Below are positions 1 through 12,668 of a stretch of DNA of 64,000 bases, piece by piece. A program made the translations under genes and the position numbers. Under the pieces are notes generated by a model. The model was not told the origin of the DNA. It did no database searches and was given only the letters and a program-made list of their open reading frames with translations. How positions within the stretch are numbered: the stretch's first letter is position 1; every line of letters begins with the position of its first letter. The DNA is from Octopus sinensis (taxonomy: Eukaryota), in the NCBI RefSeq assembly GCF_006345805.1, contig NC_043023.1, forward strand, positions 1,860,001-1,924,000, in the 5' to 3' direction.

Positions 1-189
1 TTCCTAGAGTCCCCTTAATGTCATATCTGTAGTATTGTTTGAGGGCACAATGGTAATATAGAGGACACAGGGGATTTGCAGTGTAAGGAGGGTTGCAGAG
101 CGGGAGGGGGTGCTGTGTGTGGGGTGGGGGGTGGGCTTGGCTTGGGCAAGGGAAGGGCTTTGTTGAGGGAAATGGGTGCAGGGAAGGAG

Positions 190-409
190 AGTGAGAATGG
201 TGGTTGTGTGTGAGTGTGTATAGATATATGTATATATATGTGTGCGTGTGTATGTGTTTGTGTGTGTGTGTATACATATATATATGTATATATAAACATA
301 TATATATGTGTGTGTGTGTATATGTTTATGTATATATGTATATGTATATGTGTATATATACATATATATATATATACACATTCATGCACACTCACATATA
401 TATATATGC

Positions 410-448
<39 letters not shown>

Positions 449-800
449 CACACATATATATATACATATAAACATATATATACATATAAATTTATATATA
501 TACACACACACATATATATATACATATACACACACATATATATATGTATATATACACACACATATATACATATGTACGTTATATATATATATACGTGTGT
601 GTGTGTGTGTGTGTCCATATATATATACACACACACACAAATTTCATGTATGTGTATATGTAAATATATACATATGTATGTGTATGTATGTATATATATA
701 TACACACATATACATATATACACACAAACATATGTTCATATACATGTATATATTTACATATACACATACATGAAATTTGTGTGTGTGTGTGTGTGTATAG
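190..800. repeat. (TA)n/(CA)n compound microsatellite
   Basis: Pure and degenerate TA/CA/TG runs; source of the Y/I/H/T-rich ORFs in the track. Confidence 0.95.
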
Positions 801-1650
801 AAAGACAGACAGACAGACATTTGTTGAGGGTTGTTAAGGGAATTGTGCAGTGATGGTTGAGATATGAAATGGTTGTGATGGTACTGAGACCGAGGGAGTA
901 GAGGAGGGGGAGCAAGGGTAGGGAGACATTGCAAATGAAGTGGGGGGTAGTGACATAGGGAGGGGGTTGGTTGAAACAAGGATGGTTTACAAAGAAGCTT
1001 GATATTAAAGGATGAAAAAGAGGGAGAGAGAGAGAGATACTGAGGGAGAAAGACGTACAGATAAAGAGGTCATAGGTTCTGGTATGGCCCTGTGGTTAGG
1101 AAGCTTCTTGGGCAACTGCATGGTTTGGGTTTCAATTAGACTGTGTGGCTTCTGAGGTAAGTGTCGTTTTTAATATAGCCCCAGGATGACCAACACCTTG
1201 TGAGTGAATTTAACAGACAGAAACTGTGTGGAAGACCATCACACACATGTGTGTGCATGTGTGTTTGTATGTATATATCTATCTATCTAATATATATATA
1301 TATATACACATACACGATGGGCTTCTTTCAGTTTCCATCTACCAAATCCACTCACAAGGCTTTGGTCGGCCCGAGGCTATAGTAGAAGACACTTGGCCAA
1401 GGTGCCACACAGTGGGACTGAACCCGGAACTATGTGGTTGGGAAGCAAGCTTCTTACCACAGTCATATCACACATGTGCCTGTACATATACATATATGTA
1501 TATACATATATATGTATATATATACACACACACATGTATATATAAATATTTGTTTTTACGTTATAATAAAACCAATTTTACATCAAACTGAAGGATTACT
1601 CAATACAGTGGGTAAAGTATAAATTTATTATTTGTCAACTAGAATAGTAT

Positions 1651-1870
1651 TACTCTTTCACTCTATAACTTGTTTTCAGTCATTTGACTGTGGCCATGCT
1701 AGAGCACCCCCTTTAGTCGAACAAATCGACCCCAAGTTTTATTCTTTGTAAGCTTAGATCTTATTCCATTGGTTTCTTTTGCTGAACTGCTAAGTAACAA
1801 GGATGTAAACATACCAACCTTGATTGTCAAGCGAAGGTGGGGGGGGACAAACACAGACATCCAAACACAT

Positions 1871-1920
<50 letters not shown>

Positions 1921-2050
1921 GATGGGCTTCTTTCAGTTTCAGTCTACCAAATACATTCACAAGGCTTTGGTCAGCCATGCAAAGGGACTGAACCTGGAAC
2001 CATGTGGTTGGTAAGCAAGCTACTTACCACACAGCCACACCTGCACATTG
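1651..2050 (-). mobile_element. SINE family A (tRNA-like head + internal TA/CA microsatellite + AAAAGAGT tail)
   Basis: Matches many other copies in the window; minus-strand head has A-box TGGCTGTGTGG and B-box GGTTCAGTCC. Confidence 0.85.
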
Positions 2051-2319
2051 ATAGGGACTTCGAAGTTCTGGCCAGCTATGCCATCATCAAACAATGGAGT
2101 ACAAAACTGATGATCATGATGTGTTTTCATAAAGAAGACAAAAGCATATTGTTTAGTGAATAATAAGGGGTTTATGAGAGGGAAGAGCATATGTAGGGGC
2201 CTCTAGAGAGTCATCTGGGCACAGAGGAGGCGGAGGTAGGTGGGTGTGTATGTAGGTAAGGAGCAGTTGGTTTGTAGGGGGTATTGTCCTTTATCTGGTT
2301 GGCTTTTGCTTCAGATACA

Positions 2320-3135
2320 TCACACCACCACCACCACCATCAATAACAACACTACCACCACCACCACCACCATCAATAACAACACAGCCACCACCATCAA
2401 CAACACCACCACCACCACCACCACCACCATCAACAACACCACCACCGCCACAACCACCACTGTCACCACCTTCCACCGACACCTTCATTGCCACAACCAC
2501 TACCATCATGATCAGCATTGATGTCATCATCATCATCACCATCATCTTATTGTCACCATCACCATCACCATCATCAATGTCGTCATCATCAACATCACTA
2601 CCACTCCTCTCCATCACAATCATCATTGATGTCATCATCATCATCATCATCACCGTTATGATCATTAATATCATCATTATCAACAACACCACCACCACCA
2701 CCACCACCACCGCCATCATCACCCCCACCACCACCAACACAACCACCACCAACACAACCACCACCAACACTACCACCACTGCCATCATCATCACCATCAC
2801 TGTGATGATCATCATTAATATCATCATCATCACCACCACCACCACCACCGCCATCATCACCCCACCACCACCAACACAACCACCACCACCACTGCCATCA
2901 CCCCCCACCACTACCACCACTGCCATCATCATCACCATCACTGTGATGATTATCATTAATATCATCATCATCACCACCACCACCACCACCACCGCCATCA
3001 TCACCCCACCACCACCACCACCGCCATCATCACCCCACCACCACCACCACCACTGCCATCATCATCACCATCACTGTCATGATCATCATTAACATCATCA
3101 TCATCAACAGCACCATCACCACCGCCACCACCATC
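2320..3135. repeat. (CAC)n/(CAT)n degenerate trinucleotide tract with ~140-bp higher-order units
   Basis: Block ctgccatcatcatcaccatcactgtgatgat recurs near 2778, 2919 and 3053. Confidence 0.85.
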
Positions 3136-3431
3136 TTTGCTCCATCTGTTGGAGGTGCCTTTGTAGGTGTTGGAAAATGTTGAAATTAGTTAAAATGGTA
3201 AAAAACGATTGTAAGAACTTGGAAATATAGATATCAAATTTTGGCAAAAGGTCCACTAATTTCAGGGTAGGGGGTAAGATGACTATATCAACCCCAGGGC
3301 TCAACTGGCTCTTATTTTATCGATCCCTAAAAAATGAAAGGCAAAGTCAGCCTCAGTAGAATTTGAACTCAAAACGTAAAGTTTCCAACAACTCCCAACC
3401 ATTTCCAACTGCTTCCAATCACTCTAAATAT

Positions 3432-4233
3432 TTACTCTTTTACTTGTTTCAGTCATTTGACTGCAGCCATGCTGGAGCACCGCCTTTAATCGAGTAACTC
3501 GACCCCGGGACTTATTCTTTGTAAGCCCAGTGCTTATTCTATCGGTCTCTTTTTGCCGAACCACTAAGTGACGGGGACATAAACACACCAGCATCGGTTG
3601 TCAAGCAATGCTAGGGGGACAAACACAGGCACACAAACACACACGCACACACACACACACACATATATATCTCTCTCTATATAAACGGCAGTTTGTCTGT
3701 GCGTGTTTCTGTGTGTCTGTTTTCTCGTACCCTCACCCTGACCACGGCTTTCAACCGATTCTGATGAAACTTGACACACACATAGCCCAATGTCATAATT
3801 CAAAACTAACGCAGCGAAAATTTTGAAAAGTTCCCCCAGTTCTGAAAAAAATCGATAAATTCGACATGGGGTCGAGAATAAAAAAAAAACAAACCACAGA
3901 CTGTCTAGGGGACGCAACTCAACCTTTTATTACTCTCAAAAAAAAATTTACCATCATTTTTTTTCCATTTTTTTGCTATTTTTTGGCTATAACTCTCTAA
4001 AAATGCTTTATAGTTATTTCCCTTACAAACCTGAGCAACGCCGGGTGATACTGCTAGTATATATATATATACGACAGGCTTCTTTCAGTTTCCGTCTACC
4101 AAATCCACTCACAAGGCTTTGGTCGGCCCGAGGCTATAGTAGAAGACACTTGCCCAAGATGCCACGCAGTGGGACTGAACCCGGAACCATGTGGTTGGTA
4201 AGCAAGCTACTTACCACACAGCCACTCCTGCGC
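3432..4233 (-). mobile_element. SINE family A split by a nested Helitron
   Basis: Tail half 3432-3660 and head half 4070-4233 flank a Helitron in the internal microsatellite. Confidence 0.85.
3670..4057 (+). mobile_element. Non-autonomous Helitron
   Basis: 5' TC after A; 3' hairpin cctgagcaacgccggg followed by CTAG (4054-4057) then T. Confidence 0.75.
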
Positions 4234-5420
4234 TTCTAACAATTCTTAAATACTTTTAACAAATTTCAATTATTTCTTGCAACTTCTGATTGGTTCCAAT
4301 CTTTTTCAAAAAATTTCAACCATTTCCAAGAACTTCTGACCCATCTTAAATAATTTTACCCAATTTCAACAATTCTTAATAATTTCCATTTTGTTCCAAA
4401 CTTTTATAATTAATTTCAACCATTTTCAACTTCTAACCATTTGTAAATATTTTAACCAGTTTCAGACATCTCCAGCAACTTCCAATTGGTTCCAAACATT
4501 TCCAAAGATTTTCAGCCATTTCCAACAACTTCTAGCCAGTCTTAACCTTTCTTAATTACATTTAACCAATTTTAATTAGTTTTAACTATTATCGATTGGT
4601 TCAAACCTTTTCTAAAGAATTTCAACCATTTCCAACAACTTCTAACCATTCCTACCAACTTCAAACGTTACCAACAAATTCTAAGCATTTTCAAATAATT
4701 CTATCTACTTCAAACCATTTTAACCAATTTCAACTATTTTTTAAACCATTCCAACCATTTTGGCCTTCTTTTAACCATTTTCAACAACTCCTAACCATTT
4801 CCAACTGATTCCAATCAATCTTAATCATTTTAACCAAAAATCTCTCTCCATATAAAGCTGAAGTTGTCTGTGTATGGCAGGTTTGGTAGCCTTCAACTAA
4901 CACTATCTCCTCTGAGACCCTGCAGCGCAAGTTGACCAAAATTGAGAGTAAGATAGAAGGAGGCTTGCTCTTCCTTCCGTAGAAGAAAAAATTCAAATCG
5001 GACCATGTTAACACCAAAAATTATTTACATCAAAAAGGTGCTTTTTTTCCTATGAAAATCCCTATTTTATAGGATTTTTCACTGCTGTGTCGCCATTTTT
5101 CGGTGTATTTCAACCAGAAAAATGTTCCCTTAAAGAGAATAACAAGCTACATAATACAAAATTTTTACTTTTCAAAAATTGCAATTTTAAAGGGTCGAAA
5201 AGTAAAACTCGAGCAACGCCAGGCAATAATGCTTATTTCCAACATTTTCCAACCATTTCCAATAAGTTTTGATTGGTTCAAATCATTTCCAAAGAATTTC
5301 AACCATTTCCAACATAGTCTAATCATTTCTGCTTCTAACCTTTATTTTCTAAACTCTTCCAACTGCTTCAATCAACTCTTAACCATTTGCAACATTTTCC
5401 AGCCATTCCCAACTGCTGCT
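4232..5420 (+). repeat. Left arm of long inverted duplication
   Basis: Reverse complement of 6262-7553; identical ORF translations on opposite strands (4596..4808 vs 6867..7079). Confidence 0.9.
4841..5235 (+). mobile_element. Non-autonomous Helitron family H1
   Basis: TCTCTC(C)ATATAAAGCTGAAG start shared with 55925 and 56272 copies; decayed 3' hairpin/CTAG. Confidence 0.75.
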
Positions 5421-5434
5421 AATCATTTTGTCCA

Positions 5435-5663
5435 GTGTGCTAACAATTCTGCCAGCTCATCTTTGAACTTGAAAATATTGATTTCAAATTTTGGCACACG
5501 GCCAGCAATTTCAGACTAGGGGCTAAATTGATTGCATTGACCCCAGTGTTTAACTGGTACTTATTCTAACGACCCCAAAATGCTGAAGGGCAAAGATGAC
5601 CTTGGAGGGATTCCAACTCAGAATATGCCTAACATGTGAACCATTCTGCCAGCTCACTGCCTT
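5435..5663 (-). mobile_element. SINE family B
   Basis: gaaggcaaagatgacctt...ccaactcagaa...ctgccagctc shared with 15945, 51052 and 54862 copies. Confidence 0.75.
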
Positions 5664-5665
5664 AG

Positions 5666-6190
5666 AACTTGGAAATATTTGAAAATGGTTAGATGTTTGA
5701 AATGGGTGAAACTGGTTGGAAGTGGTTGGAAATGGTTGTAAGAATTTGGAAATATTTGAAAATGGTTAGATGTTTGAAATGGGTGAAACTGGTTGGAAGT
5801 GGTTGGAAATGGTTGTAAGAATTTGGAAATATTTGAAAATGGTTAGATGTTTGAAATGGGTGAAACTGGTTGGAAGTGGTCAGAAATAGTTGGAAATGGT
5901 TGTAAGAATTTGGAAATATTTGAAAATGGTTAGATGTTTGAAATGGGTGAAACTGGTTGGAAGTGGTCAGAAATAGTTGGAAATGGTTGTAAGAATTTGG
6001 AAATATTTGAAAATGGTTAGATGTTTGAAATGGGTGAAACTGGTTGGAAGTGGTTGGAAATGGTTGTAAGAATTTGGAAATATTTGAAAATGGTTAGATG
6101 TTTGAAATGGATAAAATTGGTTGGAAGAGGTCAGAAATAGTTGGAAATGATTTTAAGAATTTGAAAATGGTTGAAAATGGTTAGAAATAG
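5666..6190. repeat. Tandem array of 77/87-bp units (~6 copies)
   Basis: ggaaatattt at 5671, 5748, 5825, 5912, 5999, 6076 (spacings 77, 77, 87, 87, 77). Confidence 0.9.
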
Positions 6191-6261
6191 GTCAAAATTG
6201 CTTATGAATCTTATAAGTAGCTGAAAAGAAAATTAGTTCAAATGGTCGCAATTGGTTGGAA

Positions 6262-7553
6262 GCGGTTGGAAATGGCTGGAAAATGTTGTAAATGGTTAAG
6301 AGTTGATTGAAGCAGTTGGAAGAGTTTAGAAAATAAAGGTTAGAAGCAGAAATGATTAGACTATGTGGGAAATAGTTGAAATTCTTTGGAAATGATTTGA
6401 ACCAATCAAAACTTATTGGAAATGGTTGGAAAATGTTGGAAATAAGCATTATTGCCTGGCGTTGCTCGAGTTTTACTTTTCGACCCTTTAAAATTGCAAT
6501 TTTTGAAAAGTAAAATTTTGTATTATGTAGCTTGTTATTCTCTTTAAGGGAACATTTTTCTGGTTGAAATACACCGAAAAATGGCGACACAGCAGTGAAA
6601 AATCCTATAAAATAGGGATTTTCATAGGAAAAAAAGCACCTTTTTGATGTAAATAATTTTTGGTGTTAACATGGTCCGATTTGAATTTTTTCTTCTACGG
6701 AAGGAAGAGCAAGCCTCCTTCTATCTTACTCTCAATTTTGGTCAACTTGCGCTGCAGGGTCTCAGAGGAGATAGTGTTAGTTGAAGGCTACCAAACTGCC
6801 ATACACAGACAACTTCAGCTTTATATGGAGAGAGATTTTTGTTAAAATGATTAAGATTGATTGGAATCAGTTGGAAATGGTTAGGAGTTGTTGAAAATGG
6901 TTAAAAGAAGGCCAAAATGGTTGGAAGGGTTTAAAAAATAGTTGAAATTGGTTAAAATGGTTTGAAGTAGATAGAATTATTTGAAAATGCTTAGAATTTG
7001 TTGGTAACGTTTGAAGTTGGTAGGAATGGTTAGAAGTTGTTGGAAATGGTTGAAATTCTTTAGAAAAGGTTTGAACCAATCGATAATAGTTAAAACTAAT
7101 TAAAATTGGTTAAATGTAATTAAGAAAGGTTAAGACTGGCTAGAAGTTGTTGGAAATGGTTGAAATTCTTTAGAAAAGGTTTGAACTAATTAGTAATAGT
7201 TAAAATTATATGAAATTGGTTAAATGTAATTAAGAAAGGTTAAAACTAGTTAGAATATGTTGGAAAAGGTTGAAATCCTTTGGAAATGTTTGGAACCAAT
7301 TGGAAGTTGCTGGAGATGTCTAAAACTGGTTAAAATATTTACAAATGGTTAGAAGTTGAAAATGGTTGAAATTAATTATAAAAGTTTGGAACAAAATGGA
7401 AATTATTAAGAATTGTTGAAATTGGGTAAAATTATTTAAGATGGGTCAGAAGTTCTTGGAAATGGTTGAAATTTTTTGAAAAAGATTGGAACCAATCAGA
7501 AGTTGCAAGAAATAATTGAAATTTGTTAAAAGTATTTAGGAATTGTTAGAAGC
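6262..7553 (-). repeat. Right arm of long inverted duplication (extra 110-bp unit at ~7141-7250)
   Basis: Reverse complement of 4232-5420, including the same Helitron. Confidence 0.9.
6443..6835 (-). mobile_element. Helitron H1 (duplicate of 4841-5235)
   Basis: Same private 3' variant (aaactcgagcaacgccaggcaataatgctta) as the 4841 copy. Confidence 0.8.
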
Positions 7554-7721
7554 ATTTAGAAGCTGTTGGAAATTATTAGGAATGGTTAAAATTGATTAAA
7601 ATTATTTAAGAATGGTTAGAAAATGTTGGAAATGTTTAAACTCTTTAGAAAAGGGGACAATTATTTGCAAGCTGCTGGGGATGGTTGAAATTGGTTAAAA
7701 GAGAGGGCATATGTATGTGAA

Positions 7722-7990
7722 GGTGTGTGATCTAGTGGTTAGGTGGTTGCACTCACAATCGCTAGACCATGGGTTCGATTCCCTGATTGGGCAGTGCTTT
7801 GTGTTCTTGAACAAAACATTTGATTTCATGTTGCTCCAGTCCCCGCTTTCCATCAGGGGGTGGGGGTGGGGAATGTTGGCCTGCTCTCCTAGCCATTGGG
7901 GTGGCATCACTGAAAGGCTAAAACAATGCTAAACACATTGTGACCAGAGATGTGTAACAACATTTGATAGCCTGGTCAGTCACGTGATCA
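7722..7990 (+). mobile_element. tRNA-head SINE (family D-like)
   Basis: A-box TGATCTAGTGG and B-box GGGTTCGATTCC; no full cloverleaf. Confidence 0.6.
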
Positions 7991-8023
7991 CACACACACA
8001 CACACACATATATATGTATATAC

Positions 8024-8066
<43 letters not shown>

Positions 8067-8369
8067 ATATATTATATATATTATATATGATATCTCTCTC
8101 TCTCTCTGTATATATATATAATATATATATATCTGTAAAATAATATGTGACAATTACTCAATAGTCAAGATAAAACTCTGAGTTTCGGATGCTGAGGTGG
8201 AAATCCACAACACCATCTCTTTGGTTATCTGAACCAAAGAGATGGTGTTGTGGATTTCCACCTTGGCATCCGAAACTCAGAGTTTTATCTTGGCTATTGA
8301 ATAATGGTAACATATATTTACAAATAAATTTCCTCTATTTACATAATATTGAGGTCTCTTTCTTTCTTT

Positions 8370-8540
8370 TGTTATCTCACCGTTTTTACCAATATATGTG
8401 TGTGTGTATATATATATATATAAATATAGGGAGAGTTTACAAAAAAAAACAAAAGACGAAGACAGGTGGTGTACAAAACAAACAGATGTATTAGTATAAC
8501 GCTCAGGAATAGAAAAAGTCTTTTATGTTTCGAGCCTACA
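8370..8540 (-). mobile_element. Short HHR-motif element family P2 (truncated)
   Basis: Homologous to 26090, 44770 and 48490 copies; only the GGCTCGAAAC half of the motif is present. Confidence 0.6.
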
Positions 8541-8589
8541 TACATATATATATATATATACACACCACACACACACACATATATATATA

Positions 8590-9005
8590 TGTATGTATAT
8601 GTTTAGGTGTGTATGTGTGGTAAGTAGCTTGCTTACCAACCACATGGTTCTGGGTTCAGTCTCACTGCATGGCACCTTGGGCAAGTGTCTTCTACTATAG
8701 CATAAGGCTGGCCAAAGCCTTATGAGTGGATTTGGTAGACGGAAAATGAAAGAAGCCAAACATATATATGTATATATAAGTATGTGTGTGTGTATATGTT
8801 TGTGTGTCTGTGTTTGTTCCCCCAAACATCGCTTGACAACCGATGTTGGTGTGTTTATGTCCCTGTAACTTAGCGGTTTGGCAAAAGAGACTGATAGAAT
8901 AAGTACTAGACTTACAAAGAATAAGTTCTGGGGTCGATTTGTTTGACTAAAGGCAATGCTCCAGCATGGCCACAGTCAAATGACTGAGACAAGTAAAGGA
9001 GAAAA
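8590..9005 (+). mobile_element. SINE family A
   Basis: Head, internal microsatellite and tail present. Confidence 0.85.
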
Positions 9006-10018
9006 AATAGTATATTTCAGTAGAATTATGGTAACAAAAGTTTAAAGTGATCCAAAGTAAAATCTCTGATGGAAATTTCATGATAATTTATGTTCCTAAC
9101 ACCAACTTTATAAGGACAAAGTTATTTTACTGAATTCTTCTTTATTTTCAGAATAAATTGGAACAACAGAAATATGGCATCAAATGGCTTTAATTACTTT
9201 TAATCAATTTCCTTTAACAACTTTTGATTGGTTCCAATCGTTTCTGCCATTTTCAACCATTTCTAATAACTTCTGATTGATTTAAACCACTCTCGACCAT
9301 TTAAGTGTGAAATTAAATTTCATAGTTTTTCTAGTAATAATGTTAAATATCTACCAAAAACAAACAAAAAGAATTGGTATTTTCTGCAAGTCCTGTTCCC
9401 TCAATAAACTTGACAGATCTCAAAACACAGAATAGATTCAAACATGTCATCCCTCAACAAAAGAGAACTTGGTACTTGGTATATAAAACTATTTTTCTAT
9501 GGGTAGGGTGATGAAATCTTTCAGATATGATTTTTGCCATGAAAGACTTCAACCAATTTTAGTCATTTTCACTTGCTTCTGATTGGTTGCAAGAATCTTT
9601 TCTAAAAAATAATTCTATATTTAAGAGATGAGGAATTATGTACATTATTTAAATTATTTCTATTATAGTCCTGGGGTCGATTTGTTCGACTAAAGGCAGT
9701 GCTCCAGCAAGGCCACAGCTAAATGACCAAAACAAGTAAAAGAGTAAAAGACAGAGTAAAGAGTATATGTGCAGATTATATATATATATGTATGTATGTA
9801 TGTATGTGTATATATATATATATACTATTATATATTATATTAAATTAGAGATAAAACCACTATTAGGCAAATCAAACAGTGAAAATCATAAACCAATACA
9901 TAGAAAAAAATTAATTAAAAAAATATAAAATATAAATATAAAAAATATAAAATTCCAAATTAAAATATTTAAATTAAAGTTAAAATTTTTAAATTATTTA
10001 AATATTATATATATATAA

Positions 10019-10027
<9 letters not shown>

Positions 10028-10052
<25 letters not shown>

Positions 10053-10252
10053 AGCCTCGTCTGGCACCTGTGTCGGTGGCACATAAAATCACCCACTACA
10101 CTCTCGGAGTGGTTGGCATTAGGAAGGGCATCCAGCTGTAGAAACACTGCCAGATCTGACTGGCCTGGTGCAGCCTTCGGGCTTGCCAGACCCCAGTTGA
10201 ACCGTCCAACCCATGCTAGCATGGAAAGCGGACGTTAAACGATGATGATGAT
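10028..10252 (+). mobile_element. SINE family C, (GAT)n-tailed
   Basis: gagtggttggcattaggaagggcatccagctgtag...gacgttaaacgatgatgatg; about 10 copies in the window. Confidence 0.8.
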
Positions 10253-10254
10253 AT

Positions 10255-10304
10255 ATATATATATATATAATATATAATATAGATAGATAGATAGATAGAT
10301 AGAT

Positions 10305-10339
<35 letters not shown>

Positions 10340-10358
10340 AAGATAGATAGATAGATAA

Positions 10359-10415
<57 letters not shown>

Positions 10416-10476
10416 AAGATAGATAGATAGATAGATAGATATAGATAGATAGATAGAAAGATAGATAGATAGATAA

Positions 10477-10527
<51 letters not shown>

Positions 10528-10530
10528 CAT
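10255..10530. repeat. (GATA)n microsatellite
   Basis: Direct reading. Confidence 0.95.
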
Positions 10531-10686
10531 ATATAAATTAGAAAAAAAATACCTTTTAACAATTCAATAACGAAAACTTAAATTATACCATTTAGAAAAA
10601 TTACATATTATAGAAAGATTAAATATAAGATAAAACATAACAATGAATAAGTAATGTGCAAAATAATAAATAAAACGTATATATTT

Positions 10687-10727
<41 letters not shown>

Positions 10728-10827
10728 TTTGTGAAATTTGATTTAGTATATCTAAATTGAATTTTTCCCTGTAAGTTTGGAATAATATTCCCTCATAATA
10801 TTATTATTATTATTATTATTATTATTC

Positions 10828-10859
<32 letters not shown>

Positions 10860-11081
10860 TGTATGTATGTATATGTGTATATATATATATATATTATTAT
10901 ATATATATAAGTATATGTATGTAGGTATGTATGTATGTATGTATATATGACAGGCTTCTTCCAGTTTTCTGTCTATGGTAGGCCTGAGGCTATAGCAGAA
11001 GACAATAGCTCAACATGCCATGCAGTGGGACTGAACCCAGGACCATGTGGATGGGAAGCAAGCATCTCACCACTAATTTCC

Positions 11082-12200
11082 AAAATAACGAAGAACTTAA
11101 TTACACAACTTTGTCTTTATTAAGCTGGTGCATTTAACCATGAATTAACATACAATTTTGATTAAAGGTTTTAATTTAGATCTTGTTACCCCTTCTGTTA
11201 TTATATTCCTACTCAAATATACTGCCTTCTTTTTTAATTAATTTTGAAAATAACGAAGAATTTAGTCAAATAACTTAGTCATAAATAAGCTGGTGTTTGG
11301 AACATAAATTAACATAAAATTAACATAAAATTTTGATGGAAGATTTTAATTGAGATCCCTTGGACCCTTTTCATTCCATATTTTTGTTAAAATACACTGC
11401 CTTTTCTCTCTTACTTGTTTCAGTCACTTGACTGCGGCCATGCTGGAGCACTGCTTTTAGTTGAGCAAATCGACTCCAGGACTTATTCTTTGTAAGCCTA
11501 GTACTTATTCTATCGGTCTCTTTTACTTGTTTCAGTCATTTGACTGCGGCCATGCTGGAGCACCACCTTTAGTCGAGCAAATTGACCCCAGGACTTAGTC
11601 TTTGTAAGCCTAGTAGTACTTATTCTGTCAGTCTCTTTTGCCGAACTGCTAAGTTACGGGGATGTAAACACACCAGTATCGGTTGTCAAGCGATGTTGGG
11701 GGGGACAAACACAGACACACAAACACACATATATATACATATATACATATATACAACGGGCTTCTTTCAGTTTCTGTCTACCAAATCCACTCACAACGCT
11801 TTGGTCGGCCCAGGGCTATAGTAGAAGACACTTGCCCAAGGTGCCACACAGTGGGAATGAACCTGGAACCATGTGGTTGGTAAGCAAGCTACTTACCACA
11901 CAGCCACTCCTGCGCCTTTGTTTCAATTAATTTGTAATAATAATGAAAAATTTAGTGAAATAACTTCGTCATTATAAATCTGGTGTTTGGAACATAAATT
12001 AACATAAATTAACATGAACTTTCAATGGAAGGGTTTGATTTAGATCACTTTAACCCTTTTGTTACCATATTTCTGTTGAAATACACTAACTTTGTTGAAT
12101 TAATTTTGCAAATGTTGAAAAATTTAGTAAAATAATTTTGTCATTATCAAGCTGGTGTTTTGAACATAGATTAACAGGAAATTTAAGAGTGTGTTTTAAA
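11082..12200. repeat. ~170-bp tandem array derived from a TTAA-MITE end, interrupted by a SINE
   Basis: Units recur near 11082, 11247, 11391/11918 and 12050; similar to the reverse complement of the 57278-58103 MITEs. Confidence 0.7.
11405..11916 (-). mobile_element. SINE family A with duplicated tail segment
   Basis: Tail block occurs twice (11405-11520 and from 11521). Confidence 0.85.
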
Positions 12201-12214
12201 AGAGATGATTTTAA

Positions 12215-12668
12215 AACCGCTGACTGGCTTGCCACATCGACTGGCTTCTGTACTGGTGGCACATGACCTGCTGTGCTCGAGGAGACCTATTGAGTCAAGT
12301 ACATCAACATCAAAATAAATATCAAATAGAAATTGTAGTTGTGATACCTGTGCCAGTGGCACGTAAAAAGCACCATCCGAACGTGGCCGATGCCAGCGCC
12401 ACCTTGACTGGTTTCCCTGCCAGTGGCATGTAAAAAGCACCAACCGATTGTGGATGCCAGCAGCCTCCCCTGGCACCTGTGACAGTGGCACATAAAAAGT
12501 ACCGACTACACTCACGGAATGGTTGGTGTTAGGAAGGGCATCCAGATGTAGAAACACTGCCAGATCAGACTGGAGCCCGGTGCAGACGCCTGGCTTCCTA
12601 GACCCTGGTCGAACTGGCCAACCCGTGCTAGCATGGAAAACGGATGTTAAATGATGATGATGATGATG
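12215..12668 (+). mobile_element. SINE family C
   Basis: Family motif and (GAT)n tail. Confidence 0.8.

Noticed and set aside
7722-7795. tRNA gene candidates (also heads of SINE A, B and D)
   Set aside because: A/B boxes present but no complete cloverleaf; they continue into SINE bodies
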